Made by a program: the position numbers and the translations under genes
From: an uncultured Clostridia bacterium
GTDB lineage: Bacteria; Bacillota; Clostridia; Oscillospirales; Ruminococcaceae
Reading direction: 5' to 3'
Assembly (NCBI GenBank): GCA_947627005.1
Contig: CANQUJ010000007.1
Location: 21,797-85,796, forward strand
Length of the DNA: 64,000 nucleotides
The notes under the pieces: model-generated
The model's input: the letters and a program-made list of their open reading frames with translations, nothing else
Database searches by the model: none
Told to the model about the DNA's origin: nothing
In this document: positions 34,525 through 44,354 of the stretch, piece after piece
Layout: each line of letters starts with the position of its first letter
Position numbering within the stretch: position 1 is the stretch's first letter

Positions 34525-35069
34525 TCCTTTTCAAGATAGGCTTTAAGGCTGAGTCTCACCCGCCTAAGAATCGTCTTTGCGTTTGAAACGCTTATTCCGA
34601 GGTATCCCGCTATGTCTTTTACCGAATCGCAGAAGTAGTATCGCCCGACAAAGGCCTGTCGCCAAGTCGGCGAAAGGGTTTTAAGCCAGTCGTTTATCGC
34701 CCGGGTCAACAGGCCGAGCTCCGTTTCTTTTTCCGGCGTTTTGCCGTCCGAAAGGCAGCCTTCAAGCTCTTCGAGCGAGACGGAATATTCGGCGGAGCCG
34801 CGCTTTCGGCGGGTCTTTTTTCTCAAAGAATCCACAGCGCAGCGCCTCGCCAGCATAGAAAGATAGCTTTTAAGGTTTGCCGGGTTTTGCGGCGGGATCG
34901 AGTTCCACGCCCTTAAAAGCGCATCGTTAAGACATTCTTCGCCGTCCTCAAAGTCGCCTAAAATGTTGTAAGCAGTCTTTTTGATATATCCGCCGTATTT
35001 TTGCTTCGCTTCGGCTATCGCGGCCTCGTCGCGATTTAAAAACAGCTCTACTATCTTCTCGTCTTCCAT
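34512..35069 (-). CDS. ECF-type RNA polymerase sigma-70 factor
   Basis: The start was moved to MEDEKIVELF (ATG 35069-35067), which has the SD AGGAGAA. Region 2 reads EECLNDALLRAW. Region 4 HTH reads SVKDIAGYLGISVSNAKTILRRVR. Confidence 0.85.
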   Translation of the reverse strand: MEDEKIVELFLNRDEAAIAEAKQKYGGYIKKTAYNILGDFEDGEECLNDALLRAWNSIPPQNPANLKSYLSMLARRCAVDSLRKKTRRKRGSAEYSVSLEELEGCLSDGKTPEKETELGLLTRAINDWLKTLSPTWRQAFVGRYYFCDSVKDIAGYLGISVSNAKTILRRVRLSLKAYLEKECLL

Positions 35070-35207
35070 AAAATTCTCCTGTCCTCGTTTTTTCGGGCCC
35101 GACTTATAAATCGTCAAATATCGCAAAAGGTTGCAGGTTGGGGGTATAAACCGGGCGACTTTTTTGGGGGAGCCCAAGCGTGGCGCGTTTTATCTGCAAT
35201 ATGGGAA

Positions 35208-35369
35208 ACGTTGAGGCGCGCAGCTCCTGCCGGAGCTGCGGATAAAAGAGGCGCAAACCCGACGTTGAGGTGCGCGACTGCTCTCGCAGCCGCAGATTGA
35301 AGAGCGGAAAACTCGACGTTTAGGTGCGCAGCTCCTGTCGGAGCTGCGAATCGCAAGGGAAAGCCCTCT
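35208..35369. repeat. Three tandem 54-nt units, each built around a GC hairpin
   Basis: Units start at 35208, 35262 and 35316 (acgttgagg / acgttgagg / acgtttagg). The hairpin is gcgcagctcc-tgyc-ggagctgcg and is degenerate in unit 2. Confidence 0.75.
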
Positions 35370-35674
35370 CTTGCAGGGCTTTCCCTCTTGAAAAAACAGT
35401 TCACAGAACTGTTTTTTCAATTCACCCATTTCGGAGCGCCTTCGTAAGGGGGGTTCGCAGCCTGCGGGCTGCGACAAGGGGCTCCGCCCCCTTGACCCCC
35501 GCCAACCTTTTGAAAAAGGTTGGATCGAAAACTTTTGGCTTGGCGCGGGAATCGGGAAAAAGGCTTGAGCGAAAACTTTAGTTTTATGCTTTGTTTTGCG
35601 CTTCGATTCTTTTCGGTTGATATTTTTGCGAATATGTGGTAAAATAAATAAAAACCTTGCGGAGGAAGCTTTTG

Positions 35675-36706
35675 ATGAAAATCGCGTTTTTCGACGCCAA
35701 GCCCTACGACCTTCCGGCCTTTAAAGCCGAGGGCGAAAAGAACGGCCTTGAATTTATATTCTACGACACCAAGCTTAATATCGACACCGTCGCCCTCGCC
35801 GCCGGCTGTAAGGCGGTCTGCGTTTTCGTAAACGATACCGTCGATTCCTCGGTCATCGACCGACTTTGCGATCTGGGGGTAAAAATCGTCGCCCTGCGCT
35901 GCGCGGGATATAACAACGTCGACCTTGAGCACTGCTTTAAAAAACTCCACGTCGTCCACGTTCCCGCCTATTCGCCCTACGCCGTCGCCGAGCACGCCAT
36001 GGCCCTTCTTCTGACCTCAATCCGAAGGATACACAAGGCGTATATCAGAACGAAGGACTTTAATTTTTCGCTCTCCGGCCTAACCGGCTTCGACCTTCAC
36101 GGAAAGACCGCCGGCATAATCGGGACCGGCAGGATAGGCAGAGTTTTTATAGATATCTGCCGGGGGTTCGGCATGAACGTCATCGCCTACGACAAATTTC
36201 CGGCCGAGGGCGCGGGGATAGACTATGTTTCGCTCGACGAGCTTTTAGAAAGAAGCGACGTCATTTCGCTTCACTGCCCCCTTACCGAAGAGACCCACCA
36301 CCTTATCGACTCTTCGGCGATAGACCGCCTTAAGACCGGCGCGGTTATAATCAACACCTCTCGCGGGGCGCTTATCGACGCGGAAGCCCTTTTAGAGGGC
36401 ATAAAAAAGCGAAAGGTCGGCGCCGCCTGCCTCGACGTCTACGAAGAGGAATCGGACGTGTTTTTCCGCGACTTTTCGGGGCACATAATGTCTGACGACA
36501 CCCTTGCGCGGCTTATTTCAATGCCGAACGTCATAGTGACCTCTCACCAGGCTTTTTTGACCGAAGAGGCGCTTGAAAATATCGCCGAGACCACCGTCGC
36601 GAACATCTTAGACTTAAACGAAAACGGCTATTGCGAAAACGAGCTCTGCTATCGCTGCGGAAAGGTCGAAGACTGTAAAAAAGGCCGCAGCGGGCGCTGC
36701 TTTTAA
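35675..36706 (+). CDS. D-isomer-specific 2-hydroxyacid dehydrogenase (D-lactate dehydrogenase-like) with a Cys-rich C-terminal tail
   Basis: The ATG at 35675 lies 7 nt after GGAGGA. Motifs present: NAD-binding GIIGTGRIGRV, NTSRGALID and TSHQAF. The tail reads CENELCYRCGKVEDCKKGRSGRCF. Confidence 0.85.
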   Translation: MKIAFFDAKPYDLPAFKAEGEKNGLEFIFYDTKLNIDTVALAAGCKAVCVFVNDTVDSSVIDRLCDLGVKIVALRCAGYNNVDLEHCFKKLHVVHVPAYSPYAVAEHAMALLLTSIRRIHKAYIRTKDFNFSLSGLTGFDLHGKTAGIIGTGRIGRVFIDICRGFGMNVIAYDKFPAEGAGIDYVSLDELLERSDVISLHCPLTEETHHLIDSSAIDRLKTGAVIINTSRGALIDAEALLEGIKKRKVGAACLDVYEEESDVFFRDFSGHIMSDDTLARLISMPNVIVTSHQAFLTEEALENIAETTVANILDLNENGYCENELCYRCGKVEDCKKGRSGRCF

Positions 36707-36724
36707 TTCAACGGAGATGATATT

Positions 36725-37852
36725 ATGCCGAAAATTTTCCTTACAGCCGACAATCACCTCGGCCGAAGATACGACAGCCACCCCGCGAGGGAGAAGATCG
36801 CCGAGGCGAGGCTTTTTGCCCTTAAAGATATGATATCTGCCGCCAACGGCGAGGGCTGCCGCTTTTTCGCGATATGCGGCGACCTTTTCGACCGCGTCGA
36901 GGGGATACCCAAAAAGCTTATAAAAGACGTCTGCGCGGCGCTTTCCGACTTTTCGGGGACTGTGCTCGTTCTGCCCGGAAACCACGACTATTACGGCGAG
37001 GGGATTAAGCTTTGGAAGGATTTTGAAGACGAGGCCGCGCCGCTCGGGAACATAGTTCTTTTGAAGGACTGCAAAGAATACCGCTTCGATTCGGAGGACG
37101 GCGAAATAGCGGTATACCCCGCCTGCTGCCGCTCGAAGCACTCGCGCGAGAACGCCCTCGGGTGGATAAAATCCCTCGGCGGGCTTTCGGGCGAGGGGAT
37201 AAAGATAGGAATGGCCCACGGCGCGATAGAGGGGGTCTCTCCGGACGGCGAGGAAAAATATTTCAAGATGACCCTGCGCGAGCTCGAGGATATCCCGGTC
37301 GACCTATGGCTTTTGGGGCACACCCACATTCCCTACCCCGAAAGCCTTTCGGAGGATACATATACTTCCGGGCACAAAATCTTCAACGCCGGGACGCATG
37401 TTCAGACCGACCTCGGCTGCAGCACCGAGGGCTTCGGGTTTATAATCAAGGCCGAAAAGGGCGAAGCCGCGGCGAAAAAATATCGCTCGGGCAACCTCTT
37501 CTTTAAAAGATTATACATCGAATCTTCGCCGGAAAAAAGCCTTTACGACGTGATTTTTGACGAGATCAAAGACTTTGAGCGGGAAAAAAGTTCGATAGAG
37601 ATAAAGCTTCGGGGCAGCGCTTCGAGAGAGGATTATTCCTCGCGGGGCGAAATCTACGACCGAATTTCGGAGGGATTTATGGAATTTTCGGTCGACGACG
37701 GCGAGCTTTACGAGCAGCTTACCGAGCGGTTTATAAAAGACAGCTTCGCCGAAACCTCCCTTCCGGCAAGGCTTTTGACGGCCTTGTTGGACGAGCCCGC
37801 CGAGGCGCAGATGCTCTATGAGCTTATAAAAGAATCGGGTGACGCAAGATGA
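36725..37852 (+). CDS. SbcD/YhaO-like metallophosphoesterase (DNA repair exonuclease family)
   Basis: 375 aa. Motifs present: DNHLG, CGDLFD, GNHDYY and GHTH. Confidence 0.8.
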   Translation: MPKIFLTADNHLGRRYDSHPAREKIAEARLFALKDMISAANGEGCRFFAICGDLFDRVEGIPKKLIKDVCAALSDFSGTVLVLPGNHDYYGEGIKLWKDFEDEAAPLGNIVLLKDCKEYRFDSEDGEIAVYPACCRSKHSRENALGWIKSLGGLSGEGIKIGMAHGAIEGVSPDGEEKYFKMTLRELEDIPVDLWLLGHTHIPYPESLSEDTYTSGHKIFNAGTHVQTDLGCSTEGFGFIIKAEKGEAAAKKYRSGNLFFKRLYIESSPEKSLYDVIFDEIKDFEREKSSIEIKLRGSASREDYSSRGEIYDRISEGFMEFSVDDGELYEQLTERFIKDSFAETSLPARLLTALLDEPAEAQMLYELIKESGDAR

Positions 37853-40143
37853 TTATAAAAAGCGTTGAAAGCAGGCAGTTCGCCGGCCTAAGGGACGTTA
37901 AGCTGAACTTCGGCGGCGGGCTTAACGTTGAATACGGCAAAAACGAGGCCGGAAAGAGCACCGTCATAAATCTTTTATACAGCCTTTTGTTCCGCGAGGC
38001 CGCGCTTGACGACCGGCGGGATAAAGACTTTCGCGCGGCATATTTTCCTGCCGAAAGGAAGAGCGGCGAAAAGGGCGACTATATTGACGGCAGAGTCGAA
38101 TTTTCTTCCGGCGGGCGGGATTACGCCCTTTATAAGCGCTGGGGCAAGGGCGCTTCGGCGCGCTGCGAGCTTGAGACCGAGGGCGGAATAATCTCGGACC
38201 CGGCGAAGATCGCCGAAATTCTTTCGGGCGAGGGCTGCCTTAAATACGGCCGGGGGATATTCGACGGAGTTGTATTCGAGAGCCAAAAGAACCGCGAGCG
38301 GGTATTGAAGGACATTCTCGACCCGAAAAAGAGCGACCTTAAAACCGACCTCTCGGAAACGCTTTCCCGCGCGATTGACGAGACCGGCGGGATATCCGCC
38401 GAAAAGCTTAAAGAAAAAATAAACGAGAAGATAGCCGGCCTCGCCTTCAGGTGGGACGAAGACCGGGACCGCCCCGAGAAAAACAGGGGGATAGACGACC
38501 CTTGGGCGATATCCGCAAAAAACGGCGACTGCGTTTTAAAGGCGTATTACGAGCTTTCGGCGCTTGTTTCGCAGCGCGACGACGTTATAAGATACGAGCG
38601 CGCCGAAGAGCGCGAAGCCGCCGCGAAAGAGGCTTTCGACCGCTTCGCGAGGGTATACCCCGCGCTTCAAAGGCGGGGCGCCGCGGCGGAAAAGGCGGAG
38701 GCCCTTAAAGAAAAGCTTGAAGCCTATAAAAGGGCGCTTAAAAACTGGTCGCCGGCCGAAAAAAAGCTTTCTAAAGCGACAGAGCTTAAAGCGGAGCTCG
38801 ATTCGGCGAGGGCGAAGGAAATCTGCCTTAAAATCGCGGAATACCGAAAAAACAGGGAGGAGCTTTTGAAATCGGCTTCGGATATCGGCGACGACGAAAT
38901 CAAACAGGCGAAAAGGCTTGAAAAAAGCGTCGCCGCGCTTAAGGGCAGGCTTTCGGGAATGAACGTTTCGGCCGAGCTTAGGCTTGCCGAGGGGTATACC
39001 GCCTCGGCGGTTTCGGCGGTAGACGGCCGAAAGCTCGACCTCTCCTCCGAAACGCTGAACGAAGCCGCAGTCATCTCGGTCGACGGAGTTATGAAGCTTT
39101 TGCTCTCGCCCGCCGACGTAGACATAAGAAGCGTTAAGGCCGAACTTAAGCGCCTTTCGCTCGAGCTTTCGGAGCTTCTTAAAAAATACGGCGCGGCCGA
39201 TTCCGACTCTCTTTCGGAGATATACGTCAAAAGCAGAGACGCGAAGCGCGGGGCTGAGGCGGCCCTTTCGGCCGAAAAGGCGCTGCTCTCCGGCCTTGAT
39301 TACGAAGAAATTGAGAGGGCTGCGAAGCCGCAGTCCCGCCGAAAAGACGAGATAGAGCGCGAGCTTTACGATCTTTGCGGCGGCCGCAACCCCGACCAGT
39401 TTATAGGCTCGCTTAAAAGCGGGCTCGAGGGATACGCCCAAAGCTACGGCACGGCCGAGGAGCTTAAAAACCTCTGCGAAAAGGCGGAGAAAGAGCTCGA
39501 GCGCCTTGAATCCGAGCTTGCGGGGCTTAAGGATATCCCGAGCGAATACGAGAAGATACCCGACCCCGAGGCGGAATATAACCGCCTTAACCGCGAATTT
39601 TCGGCCCTTTCGGACGAGCTTCGGGCGCTGGCTTACGTTAAAGACCGCTCTTCGGAAGAGCTTGGCGAGGAGATAGAGAGAAAATCCGCAGCCTTTTCTG
39701 CGAAAAAAGAAGAGCTTAGGCGCTGGCGGCATATTTCTGCGGTTTTGGAGGCAGAGCTTGAAAAGTCGGGCGGGAAGCCGCTCGCGGGGATAGAAAAAAG
39801 CTTCGGCAAAAACCTTTCTATTCTCTCGGAGCAGGCGGAGGTCGTCGGCTTTAGCGGCGAAAGCTCTAAGCTTTACAGCCGGGGCAGCGAGATGAGCGCA
39901 GAAATCCTTTCGGAGGGCACCAAGGACACCGTTTTGCTGGCGTTCAGGCTTGCGGTCATAGACAGCCTATACCCGGAGGGCGGCGGGCTTTGCGTTTTAG
40001 ACGACCCCTTTACCGAGATGGATAAAGAGCGCTGCGAACGCGCCTGCGCGCTTTTAAAGGAATTTTCAAAAAGGCACCAGGTGATCTTTTTCACCTGCGA
40101 CGAAAAATACGAAAAGCTTTTGGGGAAGATCGAGAGGGTATAG
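37849..40143 (+). CDS. SbcC/YhaN-like AAA/SMC-type ATPase
   Basis: 764 aa. Walker A reads GKNEAGKST, followed by a long coiled coil. The C-terminal signature/Walker B region reads SEGTKDTVLLAFRLA and LCVLDDPFTEMD. It overlaps the upstream gene by 4 nt. Confidence 0.8.
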   Translation: MIIKSVESRQFAGLRDVKLNFGGGLNVEYGKNEAGKSTVINLLYSLLFREAALDDRRDKDFRAAYFPAERKSGEKGDYIDGRVEFSSGGRDYALYKRWGKGASARCELETEGGIISDPAKIAEILSGEGCLKYGRGIFDGVVFESQKNRERVLKDILDPKKSDLKTDLSETLSRAIDETGGISAEKLKEKINEKIAGLAFRWDEDRDRPEKNRGIDDPWAISAKNGDCVLKAYYELSALVSQRDDVIRYERAEEREAAAKEAFDRFARVYPALQRRGAAAEKAEALKEKLEAYKRALKNWSPAEKKLSKATELKAELDSARAKEICLKIAEYRKNREELLKSASDIGDDEIKQAKRLEKSVAALKGRLSGMNVSAELRLAEGYTASAVSAVDGRKLDLSSETLNEAAVISVDGVMKLLLSPADVDIRSVKAELKRLSLELSELLKKYGAADSDSLSEIYVKSRDAKRGAEAALSAEKALLSGLDYEEIERAAKPQSRRKDEIERELYDLCGGRNPDQFIGSLKSGLEGYAQSYGTAEELKNLCEKAEKELERLESELAGLKDIPSEYEKIPDPEAEYNRLNREFSALSDELRALAYVKDRSSEELGEEIERKSAAFSAKKEELRRWRHISAVLEAELEKSGGKPLAGIEKSFGKNLSILSEQAEVVGFSGESSKLYSRGSEMSAEILSEGTKDTVLLAFRLAVIDSLYPEGGGLCVLDDPFTEMDKERCERACALLKEFSKRHQVIFFTCDEKYEKLLGKIERV

Positions 40144-40171
40144 AAGCGAAAAGCCTCGAATTTAAATTTAA

Positions 40172-40204
40172 GGGCGGAAACGCGCAGGGCTTCCGCTCTT
40201 TTTG
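40172..40204 (+). terminator. Intrinsic terminator
   Basis: The stem gcggaa (40174-40179) / ttccgc (40191-40196) is followed by a T-run. Confidence 0.6.
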
Positions 40205-40233
40205 TTGACAAAAACGCCGAACGGGGCTATAAT
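40205..40233 (+). promoter_or_regulatory. Consensus promoter TTGACA-17-TATAAT
   Basis: Hexamers lie at 40205-40210 and 40228-40233, upstream of the acyl-CoA ligase / rnf block. Confidence 0.65.
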
Positions 40234-40316
40234 TATTCCGAGTATAAATTTAATGCGGGGCGGCGATTCGGCAACGCCCGCCGCTTCCCGAATATGTCTG
40301 CGAGGTTTGATTACAA

Positions 40317-42056
40317 ATGGCCGATACGGTAAAGGCGCCGTGGCTTAATAACTACGGCAGCGTCCCGAAAACGCTCGAATATTTCGACGGAACTATGTGG
40401 GAGATGGTGGAAGAAGCCGCAAATACCCGCCCGAAGCACACGGCGTACGACTTTATGGGGAAATCCACCACCTACGGAAAATTCAAAGAAAACGTCTACG
40501 ACTGCGCAAGGGCGCTTAGGGCCGCCGGGGTAAAGCCTAACGACAGGGTCACGGTCTGCATGCCCAACTGCCCGCAGGCTGTGGTTATGTTCTATGCGAT
40601 CAACCTTATGGGCGCGGTCTCGAATATGGTCCACCCGCTTTCGAGCGAAAACGAGATAATGTTTTATTTAAACGTATCGAAGAGCGTCTGCGCGCTCACG
40701 CTCGACCAATTCTACCATAAATTCGAGGCGATAAGAGAAAAGACCCCCGCGCTTAAAACTCTTGTAATCACCTCGGTAAAAGACGAATTAAAGCCGCTTT
40801 TAAAGCTGGGCTACGGCCTTACCGAGGGGCGGAAGATCCCCAAGCTTCCGAAGGACGGCGGCTATATAACCTGGAAGAAATTCATCGCCGCGGGGAAGTC
40901 TTATTCCGGCGAATTTGTCTGTCATAAAGACAAAAACGAGCCGGCGACTATCCTTTACAGCGGCGGAACCACCGGCACGACCAAGGGCATTTTGCTCTCT
41001 AATCTTAATTTAAACGCCCTTTCGGCGCAGGTCATCTCGGCCAACCCGATCTACGACAAAGACGATAAAATCCTCTCGGTTATGCCGATATTCCACGGCT
41101 TCGGCCTCGGCGTTTCGATACACACCTTCCTCTCGAATTGCGGCCGCTGCGTTTTGGTTCCGAGGTTTACCCCGAAGACCTACGCGCATGACATCTTGAA
41201 GACGAGGTGCAACTTCATCGCCGGGGTGCCGACCCTTTACGAGGCGCTTTTGCGCCAGCCCGAGATGAAAAACGCCGACTTAAGCTGCCTTAAGGGCGTA
41301 TTTTCGGGGGGCGACACCCTTACGCCCGAACTCAAAAAGCGGTTCGACGCCTTTTTGAAGGACCACGGCGCAAAGATAACAGTCCGCGAGGGCTATGGGA
41401 CCACCGAGTGCGTCACCGCCTCATGCCTTACGCCGCTTCATCTTTATAAAGAGGGCTCGATCGGCCAGCCTTTCGCGGATACATACTACAAAATCGTCGA
41501 GGTCGGGACTAATATCGAGGTCCCCTACGGCGAAGAGGGCGAAATCTGCATCTCCGGGCCGACAGTTATGCTCGGATATCTCGACAACCCGGAGGAGACC
41601 GCGAACACCCTGCGGGTTCACGGCGACGGAAGAACATGGCTTCATACCGGCGACCTCGGGGTTATGGACGAGGACGGCTTTATCTATTTTAGGCAACGGA
41701 TCAAGAGAATGATAATAACCTCGGGGTATAACGTATATCCCTCTCAGCTCGAAAACGTTCTCGAGGGGTGCGAGGCCGTCCGCCTTGCCTGCGTTATCGG
41801 GGTCCCCGACCCGTATAAAATGCAGAAAATAAAAGTCTTCGCGGTATTAAAAGACGGTTTTGAGCCCAACGACGACACCCGCGAGCTTATAAAAGCATAT
41901 TGCAGAAAGAACATCGCAAGATACGCCATGCCCTACGAGATCGAGTTCCGCGACGAGCTTCCGACCACGCTGGTCGGGAAGGTCGCTTATAGGGTCTTGG
42001 AAGAGGAAGAGGCCGCCAAGCGCGGGGAAAAGCCCGCCGCGGCGATTGCGAAATAA
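40317..42056 (+). CDS. AMP-dependent synthetase/ligase (long-chain fatty acid--CoA ligase-like)
   Basis: 579 aa. Motifs present: LYSGGTTGTTKG, GYGTTE and TGDLG. Confidence 0.85.
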   Translation: MADTVKAPWLNNYGSVPKTLEYFDGTMWEMVEEAANTRPKHTAYDFMGKSTTYGKFKENVYDCARALRAAGVKPNDRVTVCMPNCPQAVVMFYAINLMGAVSNMVHPLSSENEIMFYLNVSKSVCALTLDQFYHKFEAIREKTPALKTLVITSVKDELKPLLKLGYGLTEGRKIPKLPKDGGYITWKKFIAAGKSYSGEFVCHKDKNEPATILYSGGTTGTTKGILLSNLNLNALSAQVISANPIYDKDDKILSVMPIFHGFGLGVSIHTFLSNCGRCVLVPRFTPKTYAHDILKTRCNFIAGVPTLYEALLRQPEMKNADLSCLKGVFSGGDTLTPELKKRFDAFLKDHGAKITVREGYGTTECVTASCLTPLHLYKEGSIGQPFADTYYKIVEVGTNIEVPYGEEGEICISGPTVMLGYLDNPEETANTLRVHGDGRTWLHTGDLGVMDEDGFIYFRQRIKRMIITSGYNVYPSQLENVLEGCEAVRLACVIGVPDPYKMQKIKVFAVLKDGFEPNDDTRELIKAYCRKNIARYAMPYEIEFRDELPTTLVGKVAYRVLEEEEAAKRGEKPAAAIAK

Positions 42057-42075
42057 ACCGAACGGAGGTAACGCT

Positions 42076-43407
42076 ATGCCCCTTAAAACATTCAAAGGCG
42101 GGGTTCACCCGAAGGACAAAAAAGAGCTTTCGGAGGGCGCCCAAATCGTCAGACTTGAGGCGAAAGGCGAGCTTACATATCTGATGAACCAGCATATCGG
42201 CGCGCCCGCAAAGCCGATCGTAAACGTCGGAGACAGGGTCCTTTTAGGGCAGACTATCGCCGAGGCGGGCGGGTTTGTTTCGGCCTCGGTCTCGGCTTCG
42301 GTCTCGGGCGTGGTAAAATCAATCGGCCCTAAGGTCACCCGCTCGGGCGACGAAGCGATCGCGATAACCGTCGAGAACGACAACGAATACGAGGCCGTCG
42401 AGGGTTTCGGCGAGCCGAGAGACTACGACAAGATGTCAAAAGAGGATATCCGAGCAGCGATAAAGGCCGCCGGGATAGTCGGAATGGGCGGGGCGGGGTT
42501 CCCGACCGCCGTTAAATGCACCGTCAAAGACGACTCTAAAATCGAATACGTAATCTGCAACGGCGCGGAATGTGAGCCCTATATAACCTGCGACTATCGG
42601 CTTATGCTCGAACGCCCGGAGGACGCGGTTTTGGGAATGAAGATAGTCTTAAAGCTGTTCGAAAACGCCTCGGGGGTATTCGGGATCGAAAACAACAAGC
42701 CGCTCGGGATAGAATCGCTTAGAAAGGCGACCGAAGGATCGGAGAGAATGAGCGTTCTCCCGCTTAAGAAAAAATACCCGCAGGGCGGCGAAAGAATGTT
42801 GATAAGCGCCGTCACCGGCAGAAAGATAAACTCTAAAATGCTCCCGGCGGACGCCGGCTGCGTGGTTCTTAATTATTCCACCCTTATCGCGATAGCCGAG
42901 GCGGTTACAAAGAATATCCCGCTCGTAAGAAGGGTGGTAACCGTCACCGGCGAAGCGATTAAAACCCCCTCGAATTTCGACGTCCCCATCGGTATCTCTT
43001 CAAAAGAGCTCATCGAGGCGGCGGGCGGGTTTACCGAAGATCCCGAAAAACTTATCTTCGGCGGCCCGATGATGGGCGCGGCGGTTTATTCGGACGATCT
43101 CCCGATCACCAAAGACTCTTCTTGCATCCTCGCCCTTTCAAAAGACGAGACCGCGGGGCTTGAGCCCTCCGAATGTATCCGCTGCGGAAAGTGCCTATAC
43201 GCCTGCCCGGAGCACCTTATGCCTATACGGCTTAAAAATTCGGCCGACGCCGGGGATTATAAAGACTTCGAGGCCGCCCACGGGCTTGAGTGCATAGGCT
43301 GCGGCTGCTGCACATACGTCTGCCCCGCGAAGAGAAGGCTTTCGCAGACTATAACCATGGCGAAGAGATATGTCCTCGCCGAAAAGAAGAAAGGAGCGGC
43401 AAAATGA
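42076..43407 (+). CDS. rnfC: Rnf electron transport complex subunit C
   Basis: It starts at MPLKTFKGGVHP after the SD GGAGG. GMGGAGFPT is present. Two 4Fe-4S motifs are CIRCGKCLYACP and CIGCGCCTYVCP. Confidence 0.93.
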   Translation: MPLKTFKGGVHPKDKKELSEGAQIVRLEAKGELTYLMNQHIGAPAKPIVNVGDRVLLGQTIAEAGGFVSASVSASVSGVVKSIGPKVTRSGDEAIAITVENDNEYEAVEGFGEPRDYDKMSKEDIRAAIKAAGIVGMGGAGFPTAVKCTVKDDSKIEYVICNGAECEPYITCDYRLMLERPEDAVLGMKIVLKLFENASGVFGIENNKPLGIESLRKATEGSERMSVLPLKKKYPQGGERMLISAVTGRKINSKMLPADAGCVVLNYSTLIAIAEAVTKNIPLVRRVVTVTGEAIKTPSNFDVPIGISSKELIEAAGGFTEDPEKLIFGGPMMGAAVYSDDLPITKDSSCILALSKDETAGLEPSECIRCGKCLYACPEHLMPIRLKNSADAGDYKDFEAAHGLECIGCGCCTYVCPAKRRLSQTITMAKRYVLAEKKKGAAK

Positions 43408-44354
43408 GCAAGCTTAACGTTTCGATATCGCCTCATATCCGCTCGAAAGAGACGACGACCTCTATTATGTTAGACGTCATAATCGCGCTGCTGCCCTCGG
43501 TCGCGGTCGGAATATACGTCTTCGGGCTTAGGGCGCTTATGGTCACCGCGCTTTCGGTCATAAGCTGCGTAGCCTCGGAATTTTTATACGAAAAGCTTTT
43601 AAAGAAGCCGATAACGATAAAAGACCTCTCCGCCGTGGTCACCGGCCTGATTTTGGCGGTAAACCTTTATTCGACCGCGCCCTGGTGGCTTCCGATTCTG
43701 GGCGGCGCGTTCGCGATAATAGTCGTTAAAATGCTCTACGGCGGAATCGGGCAAAACTTTATGAACCCCGCCCTCGCCGCAAGATGCTTTTTGCTGCTGT
43801 CATTCTCGCGGATAATGACCGACTACCCCGCGCTCGACGGAGTATCAAGCCCGACCCCGCTCGTTTTGGCGAAGCAGGGCACAGTCGTTCCGATAAGCGA
43901 CCTTTTGCTCGGAACCCACTCCGGCACGATAGGAGAGACTTCGGCGATCGCCATACTTATCGGCGCGGCGTATCTTTGCATAAAAGGCGTTATAAAGCCG
44001 CGCGAGCCCCTTTCGGTGATACTTTCGACCGGCGTTTTCGTAACCCTCTTCAGCTTGATACAGGGCAACCCGATAACCCTTAACTACCTCGCGGTACAGA
44101 TGCTCGGCGGAGGAATGTTGTTGGGCGCGGTCTTTATGGCTTCCGACTATGCGACCACCCCGGTAACCCCTTGGGGGCAGGTGGTCTTCGGCTGCTGCGT
44201 AGGGTTTATAACCGCGCTTATCCGCTGCGTCGGCAATGGGGTCGAGGGCGTTTCATACGCCATCATAATCTCGAATCTTCTGACCCCGATAATCGAAAAA
44301 ATAACCGCTCCGAGGCCCTTCGGACTTAGAAAGGAGCGTGCGAAAAATGATTAA
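43404..44354 (+). CDS. rnfD: Rnf complex subunit D
   Basis: The ATGA start overlaps the rnfC stop. The protein is a polytopic NqrB/RnfD-like membrane protein. Confidence 0.9.
   Translation: MSKLNVSISPHIRSKETTTSIMLDVIIALLPSVAVGIYVFGLRALMVTALSVISCVASEFLYEKLLKKPITIKDLSAVVTGLILAVNLYSTAPWWLPILGGAFAIIVVKMLYGGIGQNFMNPALAARCFLLLSFSRIMTDYPALDGVSSPTPLVLAKQGTVVPISDLLLGTHSGTIGETSAIAILIGAAYLCIKGVIKPREPLSVILSTGVFVTLFSLIQGNPITLNYLAVQMLGGGMLLGAVFMASDYATTPVTPWGQVVFGCCVGFITALIRCVGNGVEGVSYAIIISNLLTPIIEKITAPRPFGLRKERAKND

Noticed and set aside
34512-35177. Longer 221-aa version of the ECF sigma ORF
   Set aside because: The first 36 codons have no SD and run into the repeat region. The internal ATG at 35069 has AGGAGAA and gives a normal-length sigma factor.
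35417-35995. 192-aa minus-strand ORF across the hairpin array and the start of the dehydrogenase gene
   Set aside because: It is antisense to a well-supported gene and overlaps palindromic repeats. It has no SD.
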